Source: a virus
DNA length: 64,000 bases
Direction: 5' to 3' (one strand)
IMG/VR virus record: IMGVR_UViG_3300017760_000001
Span: 80,436 to 144,435 of that record
Shown here: in pieces, positions 1-10,154 of the stretch
Numbering within the stretch: the first letter of the stretch is position 1
Layout: each line of letters starts with the position of its first letter
The notes under the pieces: generated by a model
Database searches by the model: none
Seen by the model: the letters and a program-made list of their open reading frames with translations, nothing else
What the model was told of the DNA's origin: nothing
Program-made: the position numbers and the translations under genes

Positions 1-1077
1 TCCAACCGCACTGTCCGATACATTACCTGTAACAGTTTCGGTTCGGTTACCAGTTGTTGCAATTGTGGTTGTTCCACCTAGAGTATATTGTTGACGTGTT
101 GTACCACCGTCTTTTAATGTTATGTTATCTCCACCAGCATCGAGGGTAATGTCACCGGCCGCATCTACTAAGAAATCAGAAGGAACATGTATATCGAATG
201 TGGCATCGTTATTAAGGTTTATTCGACAAGAATCACCCCCATCGCCATTTCTGAAGACTAGGTCGTTACCGTCCGCATCAAGGACGATATCCCCTACCAC
301 ATCAAGTTTCAAGTTGGCGGGTGTACTTATTGTATATGTACCATTAACACCAAGATTATGAGTTACTTGGTCATTACCATCACCATTCTTAAAGATAATG
401 TCGTTACCTTCAGCATCAAAGGTTATGTCGCCATCCACATCAACAGTGTAATCACTTGGTGTAGTCACGGTATAATGACCATCATCGGCAATATTATGGG
501 TTACTGTATCTCCACCCTGACCATTCTTAAAGATAATGTCGTTACCGTCAGCGTCAAGAGTAATATCACCAAGTGCATCAAAAATGAAATTACCAGATGC
601 GCTCATGTCGATATTACCAGTAGTATTCTGAATAAAGTTACTACCAGTTGTGAGAGTGTATGTAGAGTTACCTGTTACGGTGATTGTTCCACCAACAGAA
701 TCTAGAGATGTACTGGCAACCTTATTGATGTAGGTTCCAGAATGATCACCGTCAAAATTAACACTAGTAAGATTGATATGACGAACGGCATCAACAAGAA
801 AGTCTTGACCAGCATCAATGTCGATGTCTGTACCACCACTTTGATTAGTACTAATCTTCAGTCGTGTCTGAGTCTCCCCCGCTTGTCCGTTTGGATATAA
901 GATCTCACCAGCAGATGCATCGAATGCAGCTTCAATCTCATTCAATACTGTAACAAGATCACTGTCTTGATAAGTATTCAGTTGCGATGGATCACCGACA
1001 TTATTACTCAGTATGTTGAACTTGTCAACAAACAGTTTAAATGACTCTTGTAATCTTACTATTGGTTTTCTTGACAT
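1..1077 (-). CDS. Tail fibre/virion structural protein with GDITLDADGNDIIFKNG-type repeats (3'-truncated by window edge; absent from ORF track)
   Basis: ATG at 1077 overlaps the upstream stop (TAATG). Frame is open to position 1: MSRKPIVRLQESFKLFVDKFNILSNNVGDP..., with four ~46-aa repeats, Gly/Thr/Asp-rich. Confidence 0.8.
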   Translation of the reverse strand, partial: MSRKPIVRLQESFKLFVDKFNILSNNVGDPSQLNTYQDSDLVTVLNEIEAAFDASAGEILYPNGQAGETQTRLKISTNQSGGTDIDIDAGQDFLVDAVRHINLTSVNFDGDHSGTYINKVASTSLDSVGGTITVTGNSTYTLTTGSNFIQNTTGNIDMSASGNFIFDALGDITLDADGNDIIFKNGQGGDTVTHNIADDGHYTVTTPSDYTVDVDGDITFDAEGNDIIFKNGDGNDQVTHNLGVNGTYTISTPANLKLDVVGDIVLDADGNDLVFRNGDGGDSCRINLNNDATFDIHVPSDFLVDAAGDITLDAGGDNITLKDGGTTRQQYTLGGTTTIATTGNRTETVTGNVSDSAVG

Positions 1078-1316
1078 TATAGTTTCTCTATAAGTTGCGA
1101 AAGCATATTTTTCATGTCTGAGATATCACTCTCTAAACCTTCAACCTTTGCTTTCAGATCTTTTTGTTCTTTTATTTTTTGGTGTTTAAGACGTTTCTGT
1201 TCTAACTGCTGTTGAACCTTTCTAGTATTTATATTAACTATAGCTCCAGTATCAGGGTCACGAGCCAAATCTGGGTGACCCTCTACTGTTATATACTTTT
1301 TAGGTTTAGTCTGCAA
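1077..1316 (-). CDS. Small coiled-coil hypothetical protein of T4-like tail region
   Basis: VEGHPDLARDPDTGAIVNIN N-terminus plus C-terminal heptads; translationally coupled to both neighbours. Confidence 0.7.
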   Translation of the reverse strand: MQTKPKKYITVEGHPDLARDPDTGAIVNINTRKVQQQLEQKRLKHQKIKEQKDLKAKVEGLESDISDMKNMLSQLIEKL

Positions 1317-4300
1317 GTGCTATCACCCTCAATGATTTAATTACAGGAACTTTAGCAGCAGTCAAACTAGAGAATACTATCTTCAACTGGAACCTATCAA
1401 ATCTTGTCAACGGTTGAACTGGATTGTCCCCAATTACGAACTGATACTCACGGAAATTATTTTTATTAGTATCCGCAGGCATATCACCTTCTGGAGATAT
1501 GTAATTCCAACTCACATTTTTAATGTTTTGGTCTTTATTACAAGTTCTGTAGTATAGACCAATACCTGTGTCTGGTGGTCTATTCACACCCATCTTAACC
1601 GAAATACCCTGAGACGATTGCGCTAGATCAATTGGAATACAGACATGTTTAGCGGCGACTGTACCACCTAAAATGTTTTCTTCATCAAGTTCGTTGTACC
1701 TGTTATCCAACTCATCAGAAAAAATGAACTCCTCGTCAATAAACTCATCATTGTTATCAATAACATTGTGTGTCAGTTTAAGATCAGATGACTCCATGTC
1801 TAGTATAGGACTAACTCGTGTATCCGCAGTTGTTAATACCAACTGACCAGCAAATGACTTAAACTTATCGTTGGCATCAAGTGGATTAACAAAATTATTC
1901 TCAGTCTCTTCTTCAAATGTATTGAAAATACAATATTCCTTATCCAGATCCAATCTAGTTTTATTCTTCATTAAAGTGAAATTGGTATCCCTAACAAATC
2001 TAGTTCCGTCACTGTCACTCAACGGTGAATTGTCATACATTTTTGCAGAGAAAGTATAGTTAGTAGTCTCTGGTTGTACTATATCGAAGTCTGGTCTGAT
2101 CTGTTCAAAAGGCAAGTGTTGTAACATCGTAACCGTACCACCACCAGTCCTTCCGTTAGCGTTTGATTTACCTCTTACTTTAACTCGGATACTTGTAGCA
2201 TCTACACCCTGAACCTCTAACAAGTTGGTTGTTACAGCAGCCTTGTTGGCACCCTCAGACATAATCTCAGAACCTTGGATACCATTGTAAGATGTACTAC
2301 TAGTTAATCCAAATATTCTAGTCTTATCGCCCTTTCTCAGACCATGACCTTCAGCAAAAACGGTAACAGTCGCATTTCCTGATCCATCACTGTCGTCATT
2401 TTCATCAGTCATTATAGGATTAGCTACTAATTTCATTGGTCGAAGTTTTCGGTTGGCCAACTGTACCGTACCTTTGGTTTCAAACTCCGCACGATAGAAG
2501 ACAAACGCCAGATCTTGTTCACCACGTGGTTCCCAAACATCTGTATTCTGAGATACGAACAACGAACCTAAAGTTGGTTGTTGTTGAATAAGTGTATCGG
2601 TAGAACCTAACAAGAACTCTTTTACTTGTGAGATGTACAACTTATACTTCATAGACTTAGAACGAATAATGATTGCGTAGTTTGCACCATTACCTTGCAA
2701 GAAGATCGGTTCGTCAAATACGAAGTCAGTACCAGTTGATAACATATCACCTATAGTAGCGCCACTTTCAGCTAAAGTTCTAACCTGAGAAGGAATCAAG
2801 TTCACAAGTGAGCCTGGAACTCTTCGGGTACGATCTGGTTTACCAGCAGGAGCTTCCGTAATTGCAATACTTACACCGTGTTGGATATCTTCTGCCGAAG
2901 GTTTCTCAGCAAAGAATAATCTTACACGAGTCAGAGTAATACCATTTGGATCTAGTACCTCGAATGATTGTGCAGTTGGATCTTCATCCTTATAAACCGC
3001 ACCTTTTGGTTGAATAGTAACTACTCCATCACCAGTACCGTATCTAGGTATGAAGGTCTGTTCGTTATCGTAAACATAACTGGCAAGACCACCTTGACCC
3101 TGAGCATAATCATATGTCACGTTCTGTCCAACATGAATAGATTGAGTACCAGTAATCTCGGTGTTTACTTCGGTCTCTCCATGTACTGGAGTTCTGGTGA
3201 TCTCAACTTTCTCATCTGTTACTATGTTGGACGCTACTATCGGATCATCCGAACTTACAGTATGAGTAGTGAATCTGTCGTTGTCAACTGTGGTATCCTG
3301 TATGCCACTAGTTTCTAATACACGAGTTGTAGTGACCGTATACTCACCCTGTAGACTTTGAATCGCACCAGCAGAAGTATATCTTTGTGATGCGTAAGAC
3401 AACGCCTTGTCCTTGTCTGGTACACTAACATCATACAATTCGAACAACGCTGTTCCAGTTGGGAATCGCATCGGAGGTTGAACTATATTAGGGATTTCAA
3501 ACTCACCCTCAAGAACACCATTGCCATCAGATATCAATGAACCAGAACCTTCGGAGTGTTCGGTTGAGGTTGGTAATTCTACCTCTGGAACCATGTTTGC
3601 GCCAGACTCAACATCAAAATAATCAGGATCTTCAAGTGTGGAAGACTTATAGAAAGTCTTCGGTTTACAGAACCTAGACACATCCGTGTCATTAAAGAAT
3701 GGGAAGTAACGAGTATTTGGACGTAAGTTGGTCGCCTTGAACGATACCTTTCTCGATCTCATGAAAGGAATGTGCAATATTTGTAATACACGATTGTCTA
3801 CAATTTCTTCGAGAACAGATTCCGAAACAATTCTTGCTACCGAAGTAGTTGTTTCGGTTGCAGTGTTATATTCTTCTGTTGTTAGATTATAGTTTGTTGT
3901 ACTTACAGTATCAGTCTTCGCTAAACTAGTATTGGTAGTTGTAACCTGAATACCAGTGTCACGACTATACGTTTCAATTTCTGTGCTGACATCTGTATAG
4001 TAATCAGTTATAACCACATTATTAACCGCAGTTGCATCACCTACATAGATAGCAAATGACCGTTTGCCTGATAGATTACCGCTAGACAGTCTTCTTCCCT
4101 TAGTAGTTCTGAGGTGGAATTTTCCGTCTTTGATCCCCCTGATTAGGACTAGACCGCCAGGTTTAACTTTTTTAGCTGTATAACCTTCGCCAGCAAACGT
4201 CCAAACACCGTTATTAGGGTCATAATAACCCTGAGCGGTATATGGGTTTGTCGATTTGAAGGTATTCTTTTGAGCTGCATCCGCTGGTGGTTCCGAAACA

Positions 4301-7300
4301 AAAACATCAGCATGTTCGTTGTGATTACTTCGTGGACAAGTACCGACATAACTATTGAAGTTGTGATTAGCAGGTTTTTGGAATACCCACTCATCAGCCT
4401 CTCTGAGTTTGCCTGGAGGCCAAGACTTTCCGTTTTGACCTGTTGTATAGTCCCAATCAAACTCATCTTGATGACCTACTACTCCATAGGTTACATCTTT
4501 TGTGGTGACTTCTTTGGTGTCACCAACAACTCTGTTCGTTGTTTGTGAAAGAATTTCAGTACCAGTTGATAAGACTTCATTAGTTGATGTTGAACCTGTG
4601 GATACCCAGTCACCTAGGTCTTCCGTAACTTTCTGACCGATAAATGAAGTATCAGTACCTATCAGTGTTGTTACTGGTAGAGAGGTTGCAACCAGAGGTT
4701 CTGAAGTCATTCCAACCTGAAGGTCAGCGACATCTATACCACTCCACGAATATTCTCCAATATTATAGAGTAGACCCTGATCAGTACTAAATTCAGTGCC
4801 ACCATCAACCAAAAGTGGAGCATCATGATCTATTTCCATCCAAGTATCTTTTGAGGGTGAAAGTACTAGATCACCAGCGGTCTTTTCAACATGGAATGGG
4901 TTAACATTAATAGTTCTAGATGCAACAGTCTGGGAAAGGTATACTTTCTCGGTGTGTGCAAGATAAACATTGTCGCCTTTTTTAACAGTATTTGTGGAGT
5001 TATCACTATCATAATTTAAGAATGTCGATCTACACTTATAGCCAGGTCTAATTAACCCTTTAGTCACATCCATTGATGCTCTATGCTCAATGCTTTTGGT
5101 ATCTGTGAATTTTTGGTTCTTAAAGTTATCTACAAAGAAACCTGTGTGAATTCTTTCTTCACCAGTGGAATCAAAAAGTCTTTCATTAGCAGCATTGACT
5201 TCTAGTAAAGAAAGTGTAGTCGCTTGTTCTAACTTGTCAAGTCTTTTTTCAATCTTGTTGATGTCTTCCATCGTATAACCACGTCTAGGAATAATCGTGG
5301 TTTCGATATCTTTAGTATGCAAAGTGTTTGCATTCATCTGGATCTTGTAGAGATCAATACAATCAACAGGAGTAGAAGGATACTTAGGTTGTAATGATGG
5401 TACACCCATGATCAATCGTAACTCGCCGCCTTTCGATAACACTAGTTTATCAAGACGAGGCATGAAGTACTCACCGTCAGCGTTTATCAAAGTATTTGCT
5501 TGTGGTAGGTCTAAAGTTAAACCTGATGTGAAGTTACCACTACCATTCACAGTTGGTCGTAAGTCGATAACATCACGCAAACTTACTAGTCTACCATTTT
5601 CGGTTCGGTGAACAGGTAAATTTACGTAGTCAACCTGACCAGAGTATGAACTAACATCGAAGAAATCACCAGTACCATGTGCGAAATAATCGAAGTCAAC
5701 ATAGACATTTTGACCTACAGAGTCCAGACCGTGACTGTATATTAATTTTGCTAGATCATAGTGCGTGTCTCTCTGACCATTATCAACTTTAAAGGAAGAT
5801 AAAACATTTTTACCATTGACATCATTCGCTTTACAAGCATTGATTCTATATAAATCGGTTTGTGCTAGATCTAAGAACTTAACACCTTGACCATCGGAGT
5901 CTAATCCATAGGTTCCTGTGACTTTAGTTAGTGTTTTTTGTTTTCTCTGAGGATTAGGTATCTGTTCATAATGCATGACCTCATAAGTTACACCATTTGC
6001 AAGGCCATTAATTGTTGATGAGTTAGTCCCAAAACTAATGAACGAACCGTCAACGTGATCTGAGTCTGGTGAAGATACGATCCATTCTCCAGAATTAGCT
6101 AAGGCATTACCACTAGTAACATTAAGTGTTGCGGTAGTCCCAGAAGCCGTGACACTTTTCTTTTTTGCAACCGTCATTAAATGATCGGTAAAGGTTTTTG
6201 GTCTGGGTAACGGACTATCAAATATAAGATTTCGTTGACTCGTTTGATACAGAGCAGTTTGATTTTGTTCTTGATACAGATTCACATAATTGTTAGTAGC
6301 GTCACCAGTGTCGGTTACGATAGACTTAATGTCTCGTATGGTTTTAGCAGGATTTGTAATTTTTGTATTGAAAACGTGTAATTTTCGTGTTCCTAACACA
6401 GAACTATTTGAATTCAACGCACGAACATTAGTTGTACCAATAGCATTACCGCCACCATTAACAGCATCTCTCAACTGTAGTTCTTGACAAGAAGTAAAGT
6501 CTGGCATATCACCCTTACCGTCAGTATACAGGAAGTAGTTACCATAGTCAACAGTAATTGCATCATTATTTCTAATGATGGTGTCAGTAGGTCTATCCGA
6601 AAGGATAGTGGTAGGCGCATCTTTGTTGATACGATAACCTTTAACATATGCGGTGCCTGGTGTTACTTTTAGTTTAAAAGTAGTGGCATTGTTAGGTTCA
6701 AACGAAGCACGGAAATAACGTCTAACATAATCACCAGATTCTTCGTGAGTACGGATTGCCATCTCGTCTTTGATAGACTTGAAACCAGAACTTGTTGTTG
6801 TTTTAGAAACAATCTGTCCACCAACAACTTCAATAATTGGAATAAAGTTTTCGTTGTTTTTTACAACCCTACCGTCAGCAAGAGTAAGAGTGATTCGATA
6901 TCTATCAGCTCCAGGCGAGGTTAAATTTGGTGTCGCCCCTTGATTATCATATAGGGTAGCATCGTCATCAACGTTTACGATATCTTGGGTAATCTTAAAA
7001 CCAAAACGACTCGATTGGTCGGTTTCGTATTTACGGAAAATTAGTTTTTGTGGAGGACAGTAAACAACGTGACCTTGTATGAAAAAATGACCCTCGTCAA
7101 CAGATATGGCGGAACCTAAACCTACCGCTGGATTAAGAGAAGTATTAGTGGTTTGAACATTAAATGTAAATGATGAACCAGTCGTACTAGTTATTTCTTC
7201 ACCAGCTGAAATTCTAGTGCCTTGAGTAGTCTGAGACTGATCCTTCAAATACTCTACGAATAATGTGTCTGGATCACTATTCTCAGCTGCAATAGCATTA

Positions 7301-7629
7301 ACAACTAAAAATTCAATTGAACTATCAGAGTTTCTGAACGTTAAACCTTCTAGTACACTTGGATCATCAGGGAAGGACGGTGACTCAATTTTAATAAACT
7401 CTAGTTTGTTGTCAACTCTAAACGAGCCTGGAGTTATTGATGCGCCTTCGTTAAACAAGTTACCAGCGAGTTGAGAAAACTGTTGTTGAATTATTGTTTG
7501 TAACTGAGTTAACTCTCTTGCTTGTAACGCACGTCCACTATTAAATAAGATCTTATGATAATTTTTACTCTTATCGTAATCGTCTTTATAAGTTGTCGCA
7601 AAAGTATTTTCTGTATAAGTCGTTGGCAT
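1306..7629 (-). CDS. Large virion structural protein, DUF4815/VrlC-like
   Basis: N-terminal YKDDYD..NYHKILFNSGRALQARELTQLQTI, PGADR, GFFVDNF and TAQSF motifs typical of this family; 2107 aa; directly downstream of gp8. Confidence 0.85.
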   Translation of the reverse strand: MPTTYTENTFATTYKDDYDKSKNYHKILFNSGRALQARELTQLQTIIQQQFSQLAGNLFNEGASITPGSFRVDNKLEFIKIESPSFPDDPSVLEGLTFRNSDSSIEFLVVNAIAAENSDPDTLFVEYLKDQSQTTQGTRISAGEEITSTTGSSFTFNVQTTNTSLNPAVGLGSAISVDEGHFFIQGHVVYCPPQKLIFRKYETDQSSRFGFKITQDIVNVDDDATLYDNQGATPNLTSPGADRYRITLTLADGRVVKNNENFIPIIEVVGGQIVSKTTTSSGFKSIKDEMAIRTHEESGDYVRRYFRASFEPNNATTFKLKVTPGTAYVKGYRINKDAPTTILSDRPTDTIIRNNDAITVDYGNYFLYTDGKGDMPDFTSCQELQLRDAVNGGGNAIGTTNVRALNSNSSVLGTRKLHVFNTKITNPAKTIRDIKSIVTDTGDATNNYVNLYQEQNQTALYQTSQRNLIFDSPLPRPKTFTDHLMTVAKKKSVTASGTTATLNVTSGNALANSGEWIVSSPDSDHVDGSFISFGTNSSTINGLANGVTYEVMHYEQIPNPQRKQKTLTKVTGTYGLDSDGQGVKFLDLAQTDLYRINACKANDVNGKNVLSSFKVDNGQRDTHYDLAKLIYSHGLDSVGQNVYVDFDYFAHGTGDFFDVSSYSGQVDYVNLPVHRTENGRLVSLRDVIDLRPTVNGSGNFTSGLTLDLPQANTLINADGEYFMPRLDKLVLSKGGELRLIMGVPSLQPKYPSTPVDCIDLYKIQMNANTLHTKDIETTIIPRRGYTMEDINKIEKRLDKLEQATTLSLLEVNAANERLFDSTGEERIHTGFFVDNFKNQKFTDTKSIEHRASMDVTKGLIRPGYKCRSTFLNYDSDNSTNTVKKGDNVYLAHTEKVYLSQTVASRTINVNPFHVEKTAGDLVLSPSKDTWMEIDHDAPLLVDGGTEFSTDQGLLYNIGEYSWSGIDVADLQVGMTSEPLVATSLPVTTLIGTDTSFIGQKVTEDLGDWVSTGSTSTNEVLSTGTEILSQTTNRVVGDTKEVTTKDVTYGVVGHQDEFDWDYTTGQNGKSWPPGKLREADEWVFQKPANHNFNSYVGTCPRSNHNEHADVFVSEPPADAAQKNTFKSTNPYTAQGYYDPNNGVWTFAGEGYTAKKVKPGGLVLIRGIKDGKFHLRTTKGRRLSSGNLSGKRSFAIYVGDATAVNNVVITDYYTDVSTEIETYSRDTGIQVTTTNTSLAKTDTVSTTNYNLTTEEYNTATETTTSVARIVSESVLEEIVDNRVLQILHIPFMRSRKVSFKATNLRPNTRYFPFFNDTDVSRFCKPKTFYKSSTLEDPDYFDVESGANMVPEVELPTSTEHSEGSGSLISDGNGVLEGEFEIPNIVQPPMRFPTGTALFELYDVSVPDKDKALSYASQRYTSAGAIQSLQGEYTVTTTRVLETSGIQDTTVDNDRFTTHTVSSDDPIVASNIVTDEKVEITRTPVHGETEVNTEITGTQSIHVGQNVTYDYAQGQGGLASYVYDNEQTFIPRYGTGDGVVTIQPKGAVYKDEDPTAQSFEVLDPNGITLTRVRLFFAEKPSAEDIQHGVSIAITEAPAGKPDRTRRVPGSLVNLIPSQVRTLAESGATIGDMLSTGTDFVFDEPIFLQGNGANYAIIIRSKSMKYKLYISQVKEFLLGSTDTLIQQQPTLGSLFVSQNTDVWEPRGEQDLAFVFYRAEFETKGTVQLANRKLRPMKLVANPIMTDENDDSDGSGNATVTVFAEGHGLRKGDKTRIFGLTSSTSYNGIQGSEIMSEGANKAAVTTNLLEVQGVDATSIRVKVRGKSNANGRTGGGTVTMLQHLPFEQIRPDFDIVQPETTNYTFSAKMYDNSPLSDSDGTRFVRDTNFTLMKNKTRLDLDKEYCIFNTFEEETENNFVNPLDANDKFKSFAGQLVLTTADTRVSPILDMESSDLKLTHNVIDNNDEFIDEEFIFSDELDNRYNELDEENILGGTVAAKHVCIPIDLAQSSQGISVKMGVNRPPDTGIGLYYRTCNKDQNIKNVSWNYISPEGDMPADTNKNNFREYQFVIGDNPVQPLTRFDRFQLKIVFSSLTAAKVPVIKSLRVIALAD

Positions 7630-7642
7630 CTTCTATGTTACC

Positions 7643-9097
7643 TTAGAGTTGTATTACGATTTTTAAATCTTCTGTTTGTTCAGCTGAACGATCAACTGCT
7701 GCTCTGTTATCAATATATAGGAGTTCTCCAGAATGAGGATCTATCTCTCCTCTAAGGAATCCATTAGATTTTATAGTCCCTTGAACACCACTAGGATTTT
7801 CAACAACATCTCCATCTGCAAATGCTCTAAATTGAGTATCTTCTGTTTGATGCACTAGTAGTCTCACTTCATTATTAACCGCATCGACAGAGTCGATAGC
7901 ATCAACATATGCCGTTGCTCTAGGTAAAGCACCTGTCTGTGAAGTAATTGTTGTATCTTCAGTGAAAGTACCAGCGCCACTCAATTCAATTCTATCTAGT
8001 GTACTGCCTGTCGCATCAGCGAAAAAGTGTGTGTCTTCTCTATTAGCAGAATCTCTAACCAATGGATTACGAACAAGTATAACTTGACGGAAGGTGTTGT
8101 CACCTATCAAAAAATCTCCATTTTCTGTACCATCGATCTTAGCGTTGAACATACACGCACCTGTTTTCAGATCATCTCTCGGATCAGCGCCCAGACCCTT
8201 CTCTGGGCCAAGAATAACACGAGCTTTTGCGCCAGTACCACCACCACCAGTGATAGCAACACTAGCACGTTTATAACCAGATCCACGGAAGGAACGTTTG
8301 TCTGCAGCAAGTGATGCGTAACTAGATGGTAATGTTCCATTTAGATTTCTATCAGAATCTCCCTTAACCCTAACATCTACTAATGCATTACCCGAAATAA
8401 TTGGAACAAGTACACAACCTGTGCCATCACCTATTACTTCAACTGTAGGTGTAGAAGTATAACCACTACCTTGATCAGTAACTTCAATACCCACCACTTC
8501 ACCAGGCCTTGCCGCTAATTGTACTGCACGTTGTTCTACTACTTCCGCAGTCGCATCAACAGATGCAGCTTCATCGGAATCAACAAGCTGTACAGGCATA
8601 TAAGACGAAGAAAGGAATTTAGAAGCACGCAAAGCACCAATAGAAAAAATAAACTTCCATCGATATCCATCGGAAGTTTCAAATGGTTGACCGTTTGTGT
8701 TACCAGTTGGTTGTTCCGTAGAAACTACAGCGGAACCATTAGCATCTCTACCTTGTTGTACACAAATGTAAATTTCTTGGTTACTATTCATTACATAGAA
8801 TTGATTGAGTGGGTAACCAATCGTGTCATCATCATAATGGTTATATATCGCACCAGAAGTCCAATTACTACGAGGAACAACGAATGATCTGTCGGTGATA
8901 TTTTTCATAGACTGCATGTTCATTCTAGCATCACGTTCATCTCTAACACGAGGTTGTGGAGTAACAGGATTATCTGATGCATCCCACTGTTCAGATCTAC
9001 CGATACCAGCGTAATATCTTACACCAGTGGAATCAAAATCGTTGAATAGATCAAGAAGAAATTGTTTTTTAATTTTGTCTGTTACTATAGCACTCAT
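7643..9097 (-). CDS. gp8: Baseplate wedge protein gp8-like
   Basis: YYAGIGRSEQW, VVPRSNWTSG, FYVMNS..IYICV, TSDGYRWKFIF and C-terminal SGELLYIDNR...QTEDLKIVIQL. Confidence 0.9.
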   Translation of the reverse strand: MSAIVTDKIKKQFLLDLFNDFDSTGVRYYAGIGRSEQWDASDNPVTPQPRVRDERDARMNMQSMKNITDRSFVVPRSNWTSGAIYNHYDDDTIGYPLNQFYVMNSNQEIYICVQQGRDANGSAVVSTEQPTGNTNGQPFETSDGYRWKFIFSIGALRASKFLSSSYMPVQLVDSDEAASVDATAEVVEQRAVQLAARPGEVVGIEVTDQGSGYTSTPTVEVIGDGTGCVLVPIISGNALVDVRVKGDSDRNLNGTLPSSYASLAADKRSFRGSGYKRASVAITGGGGTGAKARVILGPEKGLGADPRDDLKTGACMFNAKIDGTENGDFLIGDNTFRQVILVRNPLVRDSANREDTHFFADATGSTLDRIELSGAGTFTEDTTITSQTGALPRATAYVDAIDSVDAVNNEVRLLVHQTEDTQFRAFADGDVVENPSGVQGTIKSNGFLRGEIDPHSGELLYIDNRAAVDRSAEQTEDLKIVIQL

Positions 9098-9106
9098 TTA
9101 CTTTTC

Positions 9107-10114
9107 CTATGAAACCGTTGCGCCGTTATTTGAAATTATGTACCACTCTGTTGTAATACTTGAATACACTAAAGATATAGATGCACGTTCTGGTATCGAT
9201 ACCTCATCGTGACCCGAAGGATTGCCTGGAATATCTAAAGTCCAAGTGGCGGTATTCCTGTTGATAATATGTTTTACTTCACCATCTTCTGTACCATCAA
9301 GTATTGAACAAGTCGGTGAACCTGATGATATGTTGAGGAACGTTATAGGTGAAAGCAAAGAAATATTAGATGGGTTGCTAGTCGCATTTTGTGTTGCTAA
9401 TATTAATTTGTCTTGAATCCTAACGCCACCAGTACCCTTACCGAATAAGTCTAAATTTATATTAGTATTATCACCGACAGCTTTAACAGCAGGATGTGCG
9501 GCATTGGCCGCACTAAGAACTTCGATATGATTGACTGCATTGCCAACGCTATTGAGACTCAGTATTTCGTTACCCGAAATGTCGTTAATAGATCCGCCAG
9601 TAATTTTTGGTGTGGTTAAAGTTTTATTGGTTAGTGTCTGTGTGTGATCATTAAAGGTAAACTCATCACTATCTGTTAGTAGTGGTAAGTTTATGTTTCT
9701 GTTCGCAACGATGTCAGATGGAACTAGAGAATATTGGTGATTGGCACCACCATCAGTGATCGTCAAACCAGAGATTGTTGGACTAGAGATCGTGGGACTT
9801 GTGATCGTCTTGTTAGTCAACGTCTGAGTTGCAACCGTAAGTACGAAGTCACCATCCGCATCTGGAAGAGTAAGGATACGATCCGCAGTTGCGTTTGCAG
9901 CCTTCAACCTAACTTCGTGTTGATCCGTTGACGATCCCTCAAAAACAAGGGCATCGTTTTCAATAGCTAACTGACCAGAAAGTGCATCGGGATCACCACT
10001 AAGGAACGTATAAATTTCCTGAAAGTTCTGATTGATCTTCTGTGATGCAACACGCAGAGTATCACCTGTACCATCATTGGGTAACGAACCGTTGTTTAAA
10101 TTTTGTCTTGCCAT
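9107..10114 (-). CDS. Baseplate/tail-fibre connector with gp9/gp10-type N-terminal domain
   Basis: MARQNLNNGSLPNDGTGDTLRVASQKINQNFQEIY N-terminus; TQTLTNKT fibre repeats. Confidence 0.8.
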   Translation of the reverse strand: MARQNLNNGSLPNDGTGDTLRVASQKINQNFQEIYTFLSGDPDALSGQLAIENDALVFEGSSTDQHEVRLKAANATADRILTLPDADGDFVLTVATQTLTNKTITSPTISSPTISGLTITDGGANHQYSLVPSDIVANRNINLPLLTDSDEFTFNDHTQTLTNKTLTTPKITGGSINDISGNEILSLNSVGNAVNHIEVLSAANAAHPAVKAVGDNTNINLDLFGKGTGGVRIQDKLILATQNATSNPSNISLLSPITFLNISSGSPTCSILDGTEDGEVKHIINRNTATWTLDIPGNPSGHDEVSIPERASISLVYSSITTEWYIISNNGATVS

Positions 10115-10142
10115 TTACTTTTACCTAAAAGTTCTATGATTC

Positions 10143-10150
10143 TATTTATA
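10143..10150 (-). promoter_or_regulatory. T4-type late promoter TATAAATA
   Basis: Exact TATAAATA in the intergenic gap upstream of 10114. Confidence 0.8.
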
Positions 10151-10154
10151 CGTT

